Below are positions 18,135 through 28,509 of a stretch of 32,000 nt of DNA, piece after piece. How positions within the stretch are numbered: the stretch's first letter is position 1; every line of letters begins with the position of its first letter. Source of the stretch: Trichlorobacter lovleyi SZ (GTDB lineage: Bacteria > Desulfobacterota > Desulfuromonadia > Geobacterales > Pseudopelobacteraceae); NCBI RefSeq assembly GCF_000020385.1, contig NC_010814.1, positions 660,001-692,000 on the forward strand. Reading direction: 5' to 3'. A program made the translations under genes and the position numbers. Under the pieces are notes generated by a model, which saw nothing but the letters and a program-made list of their open reading frames with translations, had not been told where the DNA came from and did not search any database.

Positions 18135-19276
18135 TTTGCGTCCTTCCCGGTCAGCGGGGCCAGCTTCAGCCCGGCTGAGATGTTCAACAGAATCCCCACG
18201 GCAAACAGACTGATCAATAACGAGCTGCCGCCGTAGCTCAGGAATGGCAACGCCAGCCCCTTGGTCGGAAACAGTCCGGTCACTACCGCCATGTTCACCA
18301 CCGCCTCAATGGCAAACAGTACGGCAATCCCCAACGCCAGAAAACGTCCGAAGGTGTCCTGGGCTGCCATGGCGATCCGCATTGCCCGTTGCACCAGGAT
18401 AAAGAACATGCCGATGATCACGATCACACCGATAAACCCCAGTTCTTCACCGATCACTGAGAGGATGAAGTCGGTATGGGCTTCCGGCAGGTAGAACAGT
18501 TTCTGTTTGCCCTCTCCCAACCCCTGACCAAAGAATCCACCTGCGCCGAAGGCATATTTTGACTGGATAATCTGCCAGCCGATGCCGGTCGGATCCTGTT
18601 CCGGGTTCAGGAAGGCCTTGATACGCTTCAAGCGGTAGGCTGAGTGAACCACCAGATAGACCACAAACGGCATCGCCACCATGCCGCTGCCCAGGATGAA
18701 AATCAGCCGAGTTCCGGCTGCAAACAACATGATGATGGTAACGGCTGCCAGGGTCAGGGCTGCTCCCATGTCCGGTTGCTTCAACAACAGCCCCAGCAGG
18801 ATCATCAGGACCACCATGTAAGGCAAAAAGCCTGCTGATAAGAGGCGGATCCGGTCCTGCTTCTTGTCAATCGAATAGGCCATGTACATGATCAGTGCGA
18901 TCTTGGTGAACTCTGACGGTTGCAGGTTGAAGCCGGGCAGCCTGATCCAGCGCGAGGCACCCTTGACCTTGCCGCCAATGCCGGGGATCAACACCAGCAC
19001 CAGAAGGATCAGACTGACAAACAGCAGCGGCACTGCCCAGCGCCGCCAGAGCTGATAGTCAATCCGCATGGTAACCAGTGCGCCGACGCAGCCCACCAGC
19101 GCAAAGATCAGCTGCCGTTTCAGGAAGTAGGCACCGTCATGGAAGTTCTTGGCTGCCATGACCGATGATGCCGAGTAGACCATCACGATCCCGAAGCTGG
19201 TCAGCGCCACCACCATCAGCAGCAGTACCAGATCATACTCTGCCAGCCTGAATGGTTTGCGCAGGATCTCAAGCAT
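18131..19276 (-). CDS. ftsW: Peptidoglycan glycosyltransferase FtsW (SEDS family)
   Basis: 381 aa, about 10 TM segments, SEDS motifs (QPSEFTKI, PEAHTDFI, PFLSYGGSS). It sits between murD and murG. Confidence 0.95.
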   Translation of the reverse strand: MLEILRKPFRLAEYDLVLLLMVVALTSFGIVMVYSASSVMAAKNFHDGAYFLKRQLIFALVGCVGALVTMRIDYQLWRRWAVPLLFVSLILLVLVLIPGIGGKVKGASRWIRLPGFNLQPSEFTKIALIMYMAYSIDKKQDRIRLLSAGFLPYMVVLMILLGLLLKQPDMGAALTLAAVTIIMLFAAGTRLIFILGSGMVAMPFVVYLVVHSAYRLKRIKAFLNPEQDPTGIGWQIIQSKYAFGAGGFFGQGLGEGKQKLFYLPEAHTDFILSVIGEELGFIGVIVIIGMFFILVQRAMRIAMAAQDTFGRFLALGIAVLFAIEAVVNMAVVTGLFPTKGLALPFLSYGGSSLLISLFAVGILLNISAGLKLAPLTGKDAK

Positions 19277-19279
19277 CGT

Positions 19280-20620
19280 CTAGAGCCTCTTTACCGCTGT
19301 AATAAAGCGCTGGGCCCGTTCCTCATAATCCTTGAACATATCAAAACTGGAGCAGGCCGGTGATAACAGCACCACGCCCCCCGGCGCGGTCAGGTCGGCG
19401 CTGAGCTGAACAGCCTCTTCCAATGTTGCGGCCTTATGCGTGGCAGTCAAGTCCCCAAGCTCCTGCTGCATCCGTTCGGCTGCCTCGCCGATCAGCACCA
19501 GATGCCTGACCCGTTGCTGCACCAGTTCAGCCAGCGGTGCATAAGAACCACCCTTGTCCTTGCCGCCGGCAATCAGGGTGATGTTCTCAAAGCTCTCCAG
19601 TGCCTTGGCAACGCTTCCGACATTAGTTGCCTTGCTGTCCTCAAAATAGCGCACATCAGCCACCTCACGCACAAACTCCATCCGGTGGTGCAACGCCTCA
19701 AAACGGTTCAGCAGTTCCAGGCTTGTCTCTCTCTGACATCCCAGCAGCAGGCAGCAGGCCAGGGCAGCCATGATGTTTTCCAGATTATGCACCCCCTGCA
19801 GCCTGAAGCCTGCCGTCGGGATACTCAATTCCTGGCCGTGGTGTCGGAATAACAGTTCACCTTCGCGACTGAAAATCCCTTCAGTAAGTTCATGTCTGCG
19901 GCTGAACGGGAACAGTTGCGCCTTGAGTGATTGGGCAGCCTGCCAGACCAGTTCATCATCCCGGTTGACCACGGCAAAATCATCTGCGGTCTGATTTTCA
20001 AAGATCCGCAATTTGGCGTTGATATATGCCTGATAACTCGGATAGCGGTCCAAGTGGTCTTCAGTAATGTTCAACAGCGCCGCTACCTTGGGACGGAAAC
20101 TGCTGATCCACTCCAGCTGGAAGGAACTGATTTCCGCAACCGCCCGCTCGACCGGCTCACCGGAAGCAGGCAGGTCAATCAGAGGGTCGCCGATGTTACC
20201 GCCCACATAGGTGCTGAAGCCGTTGGCCCTGAACAGCTCGCCCGCCAGGGTGGTGGTGGTGGTCTTGCCGTTGGTGCCGGTGATGGCCACCAATGGCGCC
20301 GTGATAAAACGGCTGGCCAGTTCGATCTCGCTCACCACGGCAACCCCGGCTTCAGTTGTCTTACGCAGCAGGGGGTGCTCCTGCGGTACACCGGGGGAAA
20401 CCACCACCAGATCAGCCGCTGTAAAATCGGCCTCATCATGATGTCCCAACACAAAGCGGATATCCAGCCCTGCCAGTTCTGACAACACTGTTGCCAGAGC
20501 GGTTTCATCCCGCATGTCAGTGGCGGTTACCCGTGCACCCTGCTGTGCCAGAAAACGGGCAGAGGCCACACCGGTTTTGGCGAGGCCCATGACAGTTGTT
20601 TTTTTAGTGCGTAGTTCCAT
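19280..20620 (-). CDS. murD: UDP-N-acetylmuramoylalanine--D-glutamate ligase
   Basis: 446 aa: [26 protein letters not shown]. It sits between mraY and ftsW. Confidence 0.96.
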   Translation of the reverse strand: MELRTKKTTVMGLAKTGVASARFLAQQGARVTATDMRDETALATVLSELAGLDIRFVLGHHDEADFTAADLVVVSPGVPQEHPLLRKTTEAGVAVVSEIELASRFITAPLVAITGTNGKTTTTTLAGELFRANGFSTYVGGNIGDPLIDLPASGEPVERAVAEISSFQLEWISSFRPKVAALLNITEDHLDRYPSYQAYINAKLRIFENQTADDFAVVNRDDELVWQAAQSLKAQLFPFSRRHELTEGIFSREGELLFRHHGQELSIPTAGFRLQGVHNLENIMAALACCLLLGCQRETSLELLNRFEALHHRMEFVREVADVRYFEDSKATNVGSVAKALESFENITLIAGGKDKGGSYAPLAELVQQRVRHLVLIGEAAERMQQELGDLTATHKAATLEEAVQLSADLTAPGGVVLLSPACSSFDMFKDYEERAQRFITAVKRL

Positions 20621-20621
20621 G

Positions 20622-21698
20622 TCAGCGCATCTTCAGGGTTGAAATGGCCACCAGGGCCAGAATAATGGTGATGATCCAGAACCGGACAATGATCTTGGGC
20701 TCTGCCACCCCCTTCAGCTCAAAGTGATGGTGAATCGGTGCCATGCGGAAGATCCGTTTCCCGCGGTACTTGTAGGAGCCTACCTGGAAAATAACCGAAA
20801 GCGCCTCGATCACAAAGATGCCGCCTACAATCACCAGCAGGATCTCCTGCTTGGTCAGGACCGCAATGACTCCCAGAGTGCCACCCAATGAAAGTGATCC
20901 CACATCCCCCATGAATACCTCTGCCGGGTAGGAGTTGAACCAGAGAAACCCCAAACCGGCCCCCACCATGGCCCCGCAGATTACAGCCAGTTCACCGGCG
21001 CCGACCACGCGGGGGATCTGCAGGTAGGCTGAAAGGGTTGCATGGCCGGCAACATAGGCAAACAGCATGTAGGTGGCGGCATTGATTGCCACCGGGCCGA
21101 TCGCCAGCCCATCCAGTCCATCGGTCAGGTTGACGGCATTGCTGGCACCCACAATAACCAGGGTGACAAACGGAATAAAGAATATCCCCAGATCAGGGTG
21201 GAAATTCTTGAAAAACGGCACATACAACATCTCATTGAAACCGGGCGTAACGTAGAGAAATACCGCCACGCCGCCTGCCAGCAGCACTTGCCAGAACATT
21301 TTTTGTCTGGCCGAGAGTCCTTTGGTGTTCTTCTTTACCACCTTGAGGTAGTCATCCATGAAGCCGATCAGACCATAGCCCACAATGATGAACAGGGTCA
21401 GCCAGATATAGACGTTGGTCAGGTCGGCCCAGAGCAGGGTTGGCAGGATAATGGCCGTAAGGATGATCAGACCGCCCATGGTGGGGGTACCCTGTTTTTC
21501 CAGGTGGGACTCCGGCCCATCGGTCCGGATTACCTGCCGGGCCTGCAGCCCCTCCAGCTTGCGGATGATCCAGGGTCCAAGGACAAAACAGACGATCAGG
21601 GCCGTGATCATGGCATAGATGGTTCTGAAGGTCAGATACTTGAAGATGTTCAGAATCTTCAGGTTGGATGCCAGGGGGTAGAACAGGTGAAAGAGCAT
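20622..21698 (-). CDS. mraY: Phospho-N-acetylmuramoyl-pentapeptide transferase
   Basis: 358 aa polytopic membrane protein: [40 protein letters not shown]. Confidence 0.97.
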   Translation of the reverse strand: MLFHLFYPLASNLKILNIFKYLTFRTIYAMITALIVCFVLGPWIIRKLEGLQARQVIRTDGPESHLEKQGTPTMGGLIILTAIILPTLLWADLTNVYIWLTLFIIVGYGLIGFMDDYLKVVKKNTKGLSARQKMFWQVLLAGGVAVFLYVTPGFNEMLYVPFFKNFHPDLGIFFIPFVTLVIVGASNAVNLTDGLDGLAIGPVAINAATYMLFAYVAGHATLSAYLQIPRVVGAGELAVICGAMVGAGLGFLWFNSYPAEVFMGDVGSLSLGGTLGVIAVLTKQEILLVIVGGIFVIEALSVIFQVGSYKYRGKRIFRMAPIHHHFELKGVAEPKIIVRFWIITIILALVAISTLKMR

Positions 21699-21702
21699 GG
21701 TG

Positions 21703-23091
21703 TTAGTCCTCCTGGCCGTCTGCAGCCCGCAGCAGCGCGGCGATTTTTTCCATCTTCATCCCCCGTGAACCCTTAAGCAAGATCAGGTCGCCGTTGCCTG
21801 CATGGGTATGTATATCCCTGGCGATCTCTTCGTGGCTTGTTGCAGAGATGATCGCCTCTGAAGCCAAGCCTGCCTCTGCGGCTGCACCGGCGGTTTCTTT
21901 GGTAAGACTGCCCAGCAGATAGAGCCGGTCCGCAACCGAAGCGGCCTGGATGCCTAACTGACGATGCAGCTCCAGCTCGTCTCTGCCCAGTTCCAGCATG
22001 TCCCCCAATGCCACGAAGGCGCGTCTGTTGCCTTTGATTCCCTGCAGGGTTGCCAGGGCCGCAGCGCAGGAGGCTGGGTTTGCATTGTAGCTGTCATCAA
22101 TCAGCAGCCTGTTGTTGGACAGCGTTTCCAGATGGAAGCGTCCGGTGTAGGGAACGAAGGCCTCGAGCCCTTCGGCAATGGTTTCCAGGCCGACCAGCTC
22201 CAGTAATCCGGCTGCTGCAGCTAGGGCGTTGTAGATGTTGTGCTGTCCCAGGGCCTTGAGCCGCAGCTCGATGCTGCCTTTGGGAGTAACCAGCTTGAAT
22301 GCCTGACCTTCTGTGCCGATTGCCTGCACCGCTTCAGCACGAACCTCGCCGCGTTTGATGCCAAAGCTGGTCCTGCGGGCAGAAGGGTTCTGGTGCAGCG
22401 AGGCGATACGGGGGTCATCGGCATTCACGACTGCAAGGCCGCCATCCTGTATCCGCTGTAGCAGTTCACCCTTGGCCTGAGCCACGGCCTCGACACTCCC
22501 CATACTCTGCAGGTGGGCCGGAAAGGCATTGAGAACAATGCCGATTGAAGGACAGGCGATCTCTGCCAGGCGATCAATCTCACCCGGCTCACTCATCCCC
22601 ATCTCCAGCACTGCCCAGCAATGTTCCGGTTTCAGCTGAAACAGCATCTGCGGTAGGCCGATCTGATTGTTCAGGTTGCCGCTGGTTTTCAGGCCCTGGT
22701 CAACCTGGTCGAGAATGGCTGCCAGCATCTCTTTGGTGGTGGTTTTGCCATTACTGCCGGTGACCCCGATCATGGTCAGGGCAAACCGTTTCCGGAAGGC
22801 GGCGGCAAGATCCCCCAGTGCGCGCAGGGTGTCGCGTACGGCAATGCAGCTTAAGGTCGCCGGAGGTTGCTGATGTTGCAGCCATGACTCATTGCACAGG
22901 CTGACCTGGATCCGTCGCTCCGTGAGCCCGTTGAGATAGTCGTGGCCGTCAAAGCGGTCTCCCCGTAACGGTATGAACAGCTCACCAGGTTTGATGGTAC
23001 GCGAGTCAGTTGAGATGCCGCTGACCGATGCGGTTTCAGGCCCGATCAATCGACCATGGGTGATGGTTGTCAGTTGTTCCGGGGTGAACAT
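21703..23091 (-). CDS. murF: UDP-N-acetylmuramoyl-tripeptide--D-alanyl-D-alanine ligase
   Basis: [41 protein letters not shown]. The track ORF extends to 23268, but that extension lies inside murE. The ATG at 23091 (MFTPEQL...) sits 1 nt after the murE TGA, giving 462 aa. Confidence 0.95.
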   Translation of the reverse strand: MFTPEQLTTITHGRLIGPETASVSGISTDSRTIKPGELFIPLRGDRFDGHDYLNGLTERRIQVSLCNESWLQHQQPPATLSCIAVRDTLRALGDLAAAFRKRFALTMIGVTGSNGKTTTKEMLAAILDQVDQGLKTSGNLNNQIGLPQMLFQLKPEHCWAVLEMGMSEPGEIDRLAEIACPSIGIVLNAFPAHLQSMGSVEAVAQAKGELLQRIQDGGLAVVNADDPRIASLHQNPSARRTSFGIKRGEVRAEAVQAIGTEGQAFKLVTPKGSIELRLKALGQHNIYNALAAAAGLLELVGLETIAEGLEAFVPYTGRFHLETLSNNRLLIDDSYNANPASCAAALATLQGIKGNRRAFVALGDMLELGRDELELHRQLGIQAASVADRLYLLGSLTKETAGAAAEAGLASEAIISATSHEEIARDIHTHAGNGDLILLKGSRGMKMEKIAALLRAADGQED

Positions 23092-23092
23092 G

Positions 23093-24616
23093 TCAGATCC
23101 GCTCCCTGAATGCATTGGCTGCTTCCTCACGGTCGTCAAAGTGTTGTTTGGTCTGGCCGATGATCTGGTAATCTTCATGCCCCTTGCCTGCCAACAGCAG
23201 GATGTCACCCGGCCGAGCCAGCCGCACAGCAAGTCTGATCGCCTCACGGCGGTTCTCAAGCATGACAAACCCCTTGTCTTCAGGGGGGGCAGTCAGTTCG
23301 TCCGGTCTGTATTCCCGCAGCCCCAGCGGAAGAATACCCGCTCGGATCTGGCGCAAAATCTCGTGGGGGTCTTCGGTACGCGGATTGTCCGAAGTGACAA
23401 CCGCCAGATCGGAATAGCCGGCGGCAATCCGCCCCATGATCGGCCGCTTGCCGTTATCCCGGTCTCCGCCGCAGCCGAACACGGTGATGATTCTGGCGCC
23501 GGCCAGATCCTTCAGGGTGCTTAAGACATTTTCAAGGGCATCACCTGTATGGGCATAGTCAACCAGGCAGGTCACGCCTGCTCTGTTTTCAACACGCTCC
23601 AGCCGTCCCGGTACGGTGGTGTGCTGCTCGATCCCCTGTATAATGGCCTGCAGCGGCAGCCCCAACGCCACTCCTGCGGCAGCAGCTGCCAAAATATTGG
23701 AAAGGTTAAACCCTCCCAGCAGGCGTGAATGAAACGGTTGCTCCCCCTGTGGCGTCACCAGAATCGCGCTGATCCCGTTGACCGACGAGGTCGTCTCACG
23801 GACCGTTACCTCGGATCCGGGAGCCAGCCCGTAACGGATAACCGGACAGGCCGCCGCCCGGATGAACTCTTCTGCTGCCGGATCATCGGCATTGATGACG
23901 GCATGACGCAGCGGAGTCCGGTCGTCCGGCCTCAACAGTTCGCTGAACAGGCGCTGCTTCGCGCTGCCGTAGGCCTGCATGGTGCCATGGTAGTCCAGGT
24001 GGTCACGGGTCAGGTTGGTAAAAACTCCGATATCAAAGACCGAACCATCAACCCTGCGTTGCTCAAGGCTGTGGGAGGAGACCTCCATCACAAACGCCTG
24101 TGCACCTGCATCGGCCAGCTGGCGGAAGATGCCCTGCAGTTCAGTTGATTCCGGTGTGGTATGGCTGGCTTCAATGCAGGTGGTGCCGAAACGGTAGCTG
24201 ATAGTGCCCAGTACGGCAGGCGGCAGACCGGCAGCAGTGAGAATTCCTTCCAGCAGGTAGCTGGTGGTGGTCTTGCCGTTGGTGCCGGTGATGCCGATCA
24301 GCGGCAGATCACGGGTCGGGTTGCCAAAGAACCGGGCCGCCATCAGTGCCATGGCCTGGCGCCCGTTTGTCACCTGTAACCAGGGCACCTGTTCAGGTGC
24401 ATAGCTTGCATCTTCCAGAACAACGGCTGCTGCACCGGCAGTAACGGCCTGGGAGATGAAGCGGTGGCCGTCCACCTTGCTGCCGTGCAGGGCAAAGAAG
24501 AGTGTACCTGCCGTCACCTCGCGTGAGTCACAGGTAAGCGCGGAAACCGTAACATCCAGGTTGCCGTGGGTGGCCTGTAGTGGTACCTCATGCAGCAGTT
24601 GTTCAAGTAGCATCAT
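23093..24616 (-). CDS. murE: UDP-N-acetylmuramoyl-L-alanyl-D-glutamate--2,6-diaminopimelate ligase
   Basis: 507 aa: [39 protein letters not shown], and the DNPR motif (SDNPRTEDP) associated with meso-DAP specificity. Confidence 0.96.
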   Translation of the reverse strand: MMLLEQLLHEVPLQATHGNLDVTVSALTCDSREVTAGTLFFALHGSKVDGHRFISQAVTAGAAAVVLEDASYAPEQVPWLQVTNGRQAMALMAARFFGNPTRDLPLIGITGTNGKTTTSYLLEGILTAAGLPPAVLGTISYRFGTTCIEASHTTPESTELQGIFRQLADAGAQAFVMEVSSHSLEQRRVDGSVFDIGVFTNLTRDHLDYHGTMQAYGSAKQRLFSELLRPDDRTPLRHAVINADDPAAEEFIRAAACPVIRYGLAPGSEVTVRETTSSVNGISAILVTPQGEQPFHSRLLGGFNLSNILAAAAAGVALGLPLQAIIQGIEQHTTVPGRLERVENRAGVTCLVDYAHTGDALENVLSTLKDLAGARIITVFGCGGDRDNGKRPIMGRIAAGYSDLAVVTSDNPRTEDPHEILRQIRAGILPLGLREYRPDELTAPPEDKGFVMLENRREAIRLAVRLARPGDILLLAGKGHEDYQIIGQTKQHFDDREEAANAFRERI

Positions 24617-24622
24617 GGTTCC

Positions 24623-26611
24623 TTATGCTGCGGGTGCCAGGCGAACCCAAATTTCGTCCGAGCCATGGATAACCTGCCCAGGCTGTGGATGCTGCTCAAT
24701 GACACGCCCGCTGCCGCGCAGCTGTAGATTAAGCTGCCGTTTTTCCATAATCTGGAGGACACGGCGCATGCTCATACCCCTGAAGTCAGGCATGGGTGTT
24801 CCTGCGCCGGCGACCTCGATACTGCCGCCCTCTTCAGCATCCGTTGCAGCCGGTGATTGTGCCGCCGTTGCCGGTGCCGCCTGCACGGTCTGCGACTTGG
24901 GCAGTTCACAGGCCTTGCCCACACCGGCTGCCTTGAGGTAACACAGTGTATTGAAAGCGATTTCACGGAATGCCGGGGCAGCAACTACCCCGCCGTAGGG
25001 ACTGGTTGCAGGTTCATCAATGACCACCAGAATAGTCAGAAGCGGTTTTTCAGCCGGGACAAAACCAACAAACGAGGCGGTCCGCTTGGTGGCGGAATAA
25101 CCTCGGCTGACCGGATCAACCTTCTGTGCGGTGCCGGTCTTGCCTGCCACCCTGAAGCCGTCTATGGCGGCATTCGTGGCAGTGCCGCCTTTCTGGGTGA
25201 CCCCTTCCATCATCTGGGTCATGGTCGCGGCGGTCTGGGTTGAGATCACCCGCCGGACCGTTTGAGGTTCAAAACGCTGCAGTTCCAGTCCGGCATTGTC
25301 AGTAACCCGCTCCACAAGATACGGTTTCATTAACAGGCCGCCGTTTGCCACTGCAGAGGTGGCAGCCACCAGCTGCAGGGCTGTGGCTGAAACCCCCTGA
25401 CCAAAGGAGATGGTCGCTATATCGGTGCCGTACCAGCGACTGACCGGGCGCAGGCCGCCGGAAGCCTCTCCGGGCAGGTCAATGCCGCTCTTGTCGCCAA
25501 ATCCGAACGCCTTCAGGTAGCGGTGCAGGCGGTCATCCCCCAGCTTCAGGCCGATCTTGGCTGATCCGATGTTGCTGGAATATTTCAGGACCTCCGCAAC
25601 GGAGACCCGCCCGTGCGGGTGGTCATCCCTGATGATCCGGCCGCCGAAGGAGTACCTGCCATTCTCGCAGTTGATGCCATCCTGGGGCCTGACCAACTTT
25701 TCTTCCAATGCTGCAGACAGCAGAAAAACCTTGAAGGTGGAGCCAGGCTCAAAACTGTCACTCACACAGCGGTTGCGCAGGTTAAGCGAGGGATACTGCC
25801 TGAATGAGTTCGGGTTGAAGGTCGGATAATTGGCCATGGCCAGCACCTTGCCGGTCCAGGGGTCCATGACCAGGGCCATGCCGCTTTTTGCCCTGCTGCC
25901 TTCCACTGCCTTGGCAAGCTCTTTTTCGGTAAAATACTGGATGTTTTTATCCAGCGTCAGATACAGATTTTTCCCCGGGGCCGCATCCTGGACCACGGCA
26001 TTTCTGATGGCAACATCCCGTCCCAGGGCATCCCGCTCGGTCAGCAGATAGCCGGTTTTGCCCAGGATTGTGGTGTCGTAGCGGCGCTCAAGCCCTTCCA
26101 GGCCGCCTGGGTCCATGCCGGTAAATCCCAGGACATGGGATGCCATCTCAAAGTTGGGATAAAATCGCTTGTTTTCTTTAACAAAGCCGATGCCGGGCAG
26201 TTTGAGCTGCTTGATTTTTGACGCTGTTTCCGGCGGCAACTGGCGGGCAAGCCAGGCAAAACTCTTCTCCGAATCCAGCTTGCGCTGCAGTTCGTGCTGG
26301 GGGATCTGGATGAGCGGGGCAAGTGCTGCTGCCATTCCTGCCGGGTCAGTGATCCGTTTGGGCTCAGCGTAGAGTGAGTCCATTTCCAGTGAGACGGCCA
26401 GAGCTGCGCCGGTCCGGTCAAAGATCCCGCCCCGTGCCGGTGTGATCGGAATAGTGCGGTTGTGCTGCCGTTCTGCCAGTTTGACCAGCTGGTCATGTTG
26501 AACCACCTGCAGATAAAAACTGCGTGCAGTGACTGCCAGGAAGCCGCAGGCAAACAGGCAGGAGACCATGATAATCCTGACCCGTGCCCACTTTTCCCTG
26601 TCGTTTTTCAT
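24623..26611 (-). CDS. ftsI: Division-specific class B penicillin-binding protein (FtsI/PBP3) with a C-terminal PASTA-like domain
   Basis: 662 aa: N-terminal TM anchor, PBP dimerisation domain, transpeptidase motifs STFK, SSN and KTGT, an Ala/Pro-rich linker, then a ~59-aa tail MPDFRGMSMRRVLQIMEKRQLNLQLRGSGRVIEQHPQPGQVI...VRL. GGGAG lies 6 nt upstream of the ATG. Confidence 0.95.
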   Translation of the reverse strand: MKNDREKWARVRIIMVSCLFACGFLAVTARSFYLQVVQHDQLVKLAERQHNRTIPITPARGGIFDRTGAALAVSLEMDSLYAEPKRITDPAGMAAALAPLIQIPQHELQRKLDSEKSFAWLARQLPPETASKIKQLKLPGIGFVKENKRFYPNFEMASHVLGFTGMDPGGLEGLERRYDTTILGKTGYLLTERDALGRDVAIRNAVVQDAAPGKNLYLTLDKNIQYFTEKELAKAVEGSRAKSGMALVMDPWTGKVLAMANYPTFNPNSFRQYPSLNLRNRCVSDSFEPGSTFKVFLLSAALEEKLVRPQDGINCENGRYSFGGRIIRDDHPHGRVSVAEVLKYSSNIGSAKIGLKLGDDRLHRYLKAFGFGDKSGIDLPGEASGGLRPVSRWYGTDIATISFGQGVSATALQLVAATSAVANGGLLMKPYLVERVTDNAGLELQRFEPQTVRRVISTQTAATMTQMMEGVTQKGGTATNAAIDGFRVAGKTGTAQKVDPVSRGYSATKRTASFVGFVPAEKPLLTILVVIDEPATSPYGGVVAAPAFREIAFNTLCYLKAAGVGKACELPKSQTVQAAPATAAQSPAATDAEEGGSIEVAGAGTPMPDFRGMSMRRVLQIMEKRQLNLQLRGSGRVIEQHPQPGQVIHGSDEIWVRLAPAA

Positions 26612-26642
26612 ACGCTGCTCCCTGCGTTTGCTGTTACAGGTG

Positions 26643-26981
26643 TCATTTGACCAGTATCACCTGCTGATCCTGGGGAACGGTCATGCCTAAGTCCCGCTTT
26701 GCAATTACCTCGATCCTTGCAGGGGTTTTGAGGGACTCCGCCTCCAGTTTCAGCTGTTTTTGTTCCTGCTCCAGGTCCTTCAGCTGACGGCTTGCCTCAC
26801 CGATCTGCAGGTTGAGTTCAATCAGACGGAACCGCGACCAGACATGAAAGATGGATACAACGGTCAACAGCAGCATGCAGACCATCAGGAATTTGACAAT
26901 ATCCATCCGGCGTGGCGCCAGATCAGTCCCCAGGTGACCGGGGAAGGTAAGTTTGGTGCTGTCGGTTTTTACCATGCCCAT
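26643..26981 (-). CDS. ftsL: Cell division protein FtsL
   Basis: 112 aa with a single TM segment (FLMVCMLLLTVVSIF) followed by a coiled coil (LKDLEQEQKQLKLEAESL). It sits in the canonical slot between rsmH and ftsI. GGAGG lies 7 nt upstream of the ATG at 26981. Confidence 0.85.
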   Translation of the reverse strand: MGMVKTDSTKLTFPGHLGTDLAPRRMDIVKFLMVCMLLLTVVSIFHVWSRFRLIELNLQIGEASRQLKDLEQEQKQLKLEAESLKTPARIEVIAKRDLGMTVPQDQQVILVK

Positions 26982-27001
26982 AGTGAGCCCTCCTTCGGGA
27001 A

Positions 27002-27943
27002 CTAGCCCAATTTTTCAGCTGCTCGCAACTTGGCGCTGCGTGCGCGGGGGTTGCGGTCAGTTTCTTCTGGCCCGGCAATCACCGGACGTCCGGTCAGGAT
27101 GCGTAGTTGCGGCTTTTTGTTGCAGACGCAGTAGGGCATCCTGGGGGGACAGGTGCAGCCGGTTGCTGCCTCACGAAACAGATGCTTCACGATCCGGTCC
27201 TCAAGCGAGTGGAAGGAGATCACGGCAATCCGTCCTCCCGCTTTCAGGGCTGCTATCCCTGCCCTGATCCCCTGTTCCACCTGTTCAAGCTCCTGATTGA
27301 CGGCAATTCTCAGGGCCTGAAAGGTACGGGTTGCAGGATGAATCCGCTCTTCGTGAAAACGGCGTGGAATCGTGCCGGCTACAAGATCAGCCAACTGAAG
27401 CGTTGTCGTGATCGGTGTTTCCTGGCGTGTCTGCACGATTCTCAGGGCTATTTTTTTTGCCCAGCGCTCTTCTCCAAATTCCTTGATGATCTGTTCCAGT
27501 TCCCCGGCAGAACAATCCTGCAGCAGGTCTGCAGCAGAGTCGCCGCAGGAACGGTCCATTCGCATATCCAGTGGTCCGTCAAGGCGGAAACTGAAGCCGC
27601 GCTCATCGGTATCCAGTTGGTGCGACGAAACGCCGAGATCGAGCAGTAACCCGTCAAGGGTGTTGATCCCTTCTTGTTTCAGTAACTCAGCCAGATCCCC
27701 AAAGCTGCCTTGAAGCGGCCTGAAACAGCTCCCAAAGCGTCGCAGCCGTTCAGATGCTGCAGCCAGGGCCGCCGGGTCGCGGTCGATACCGATCAACAGG
27801 CCATCCGGACCGATCTTTTCAAGAATCAGTTCACTATGCCCGCCGCCGCCCAGGGTGCCGTCCAGGTAGGTGCCGCCGGGGCGGGGTGCCAGTTGCTCCA
27901 TGACCTCCCGGGCCAGCACTGACAGGTGGTGAAATTCCTCCAT
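27002..27943 (-). CDS. rsmH: 16S rRNA (cytosine1402-N4)-methyltransferase
   Basis: 313 aa: [42 protein letters not shown]. The ATG directly abuts the mraZ TAG. Confidence 0.97.
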   Translation of the reverse strand: MEEFHHLSVLAREVMEQLAPRPGGTYLDGTLGGGGHSELILEKIGPDGLLIGIDRDPAALAAASERLRRFGSCFRPLQGSFGDLAELLKQEGINTLDGLLLDLGVSSHQLDTDERGFSFRLDGPLDMRMDRSCGDSAADLLQDCSAGELEQIIKEFGEERWAKKIALRIVQTRQETPITTTLQLADLVAGTIPRRFHEERIHPATRTFQALRIAVNQELEQVEQGIRAGIAALKAGGRIAVISFHSLEDRIVKHLFREAATGCTCPPRMPYCVCNKKPQLRILTGRPVIAGPEETDRNPRARSAKLRAAEKLG

Positions 27944-28423
27944 CTATATGCCAAGTGCTGCAAGTGCAGCCGAATCCTGCGGGAAGTTGCGCTCATCCTG
28001 GGCATTGACACGTGCGTAGGTCTCGCTGGCCCAGATGTCGAAACGCCGGCCCATACCAACAAAGTACAGATCTCGTCCAAGGTTGGCATGAATCCGGAGT
28101 GCGGGCGGGATCAGTACCCGCCCCAGTTTGTCGGCGGTACATTCCTGGGCCGGTCCCAGTACCAGGCGTTTCAGGCTGTTCAGCTGCGCCAGCGGCAGTT
28201 CACCCTCATTGGCCTGGATCTTTTTCTCCAGCTCCTGCCATTCGCCCAGCGGATAGACGGAAAGGCCGCGACCATAACTGCCATCATCGAAATCCACGGG
28301 CGAGGCCTTGGTGACGACAAAACGCTCGTCACCAAACTCCGTAACCAACACCTCCCGGAATCTGGCCGGGATGCTGGTACGCCCTTTTGCATCGATGGTA
28401 GTCAGGCTTTCGCCACCAAACAT
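27944..28423 (-). CDS. mraZ: Transcriptional regulator MraZ
   Basis: [23 protein letters not shown]... and a second DxxGR-type repeat ([14 protein letters not shown]) give the duplicated SpoVT/AbrB-like MraZ architecture. The track ORF starts at a TTG at 28498, which would run through the promoter and operator. I prefer the ATG at 28423 (159 aa). Confidence 0.95.
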
Positions 28424-28445
28424 GGTCGCCCTTTCACAACTCTTT

Positions 28446-28470
28446 GCCACTAATTTCCACTTTTTTCCAC
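28446..28470 (-). promoter_or_regulatory. Putative MraZ operator: three direct GTGG(A/C) repeats with exact 10-bp phasing
   Basis: The minus strand reads GTGGAaaaaaGTGGAaattaGTGGC (plus-strand tccac at 28466..28470 and 28456..28460, gccac at 28446..28450). It lies between the predicted -10 box and the mraZ ATG. Phased G-rich pentamer repeats with 5-nt spacers are the published MraZ-binding architecture (TGGGN in E. coli, GTGG-type in Mollicutes and Firmicutes). Confidence 0.6.
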
Positions 28471-28481
28471 TTTGCGGCAAA

Positions 28482-28509
28482 ACTATACCAGTAGTCAAGC
28501 AGCTGTCAA
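28482..28509 (-). promoter_or_regulatory. Predicted sigma70 promoter of the dcw operon (Pmra-like)
   Basis: The minus strand reads TTGACA (28509..28504), a 16-nt spacer, then TATAGT (28487..28482). The predicted start site is a few nt upstream of the GTGG repeats. Confidence 0.6.

Noticed and set aside
23092-23268. 5' extensions offered by the ORF track for murF (to 23268), mraZ (to 28498), ftsZ (to 11630), mqnD (to 2092) and ddl (to 14738).
   Set aside because: The extensions overlap upstream genes or promoter and operator DNA, use non-ATG starts or lack an RBS, and add residues absent from the conserved N-termini of these families. Internal ATGs with Shine-Dalgarno sequences or stop-start coupling fit better.
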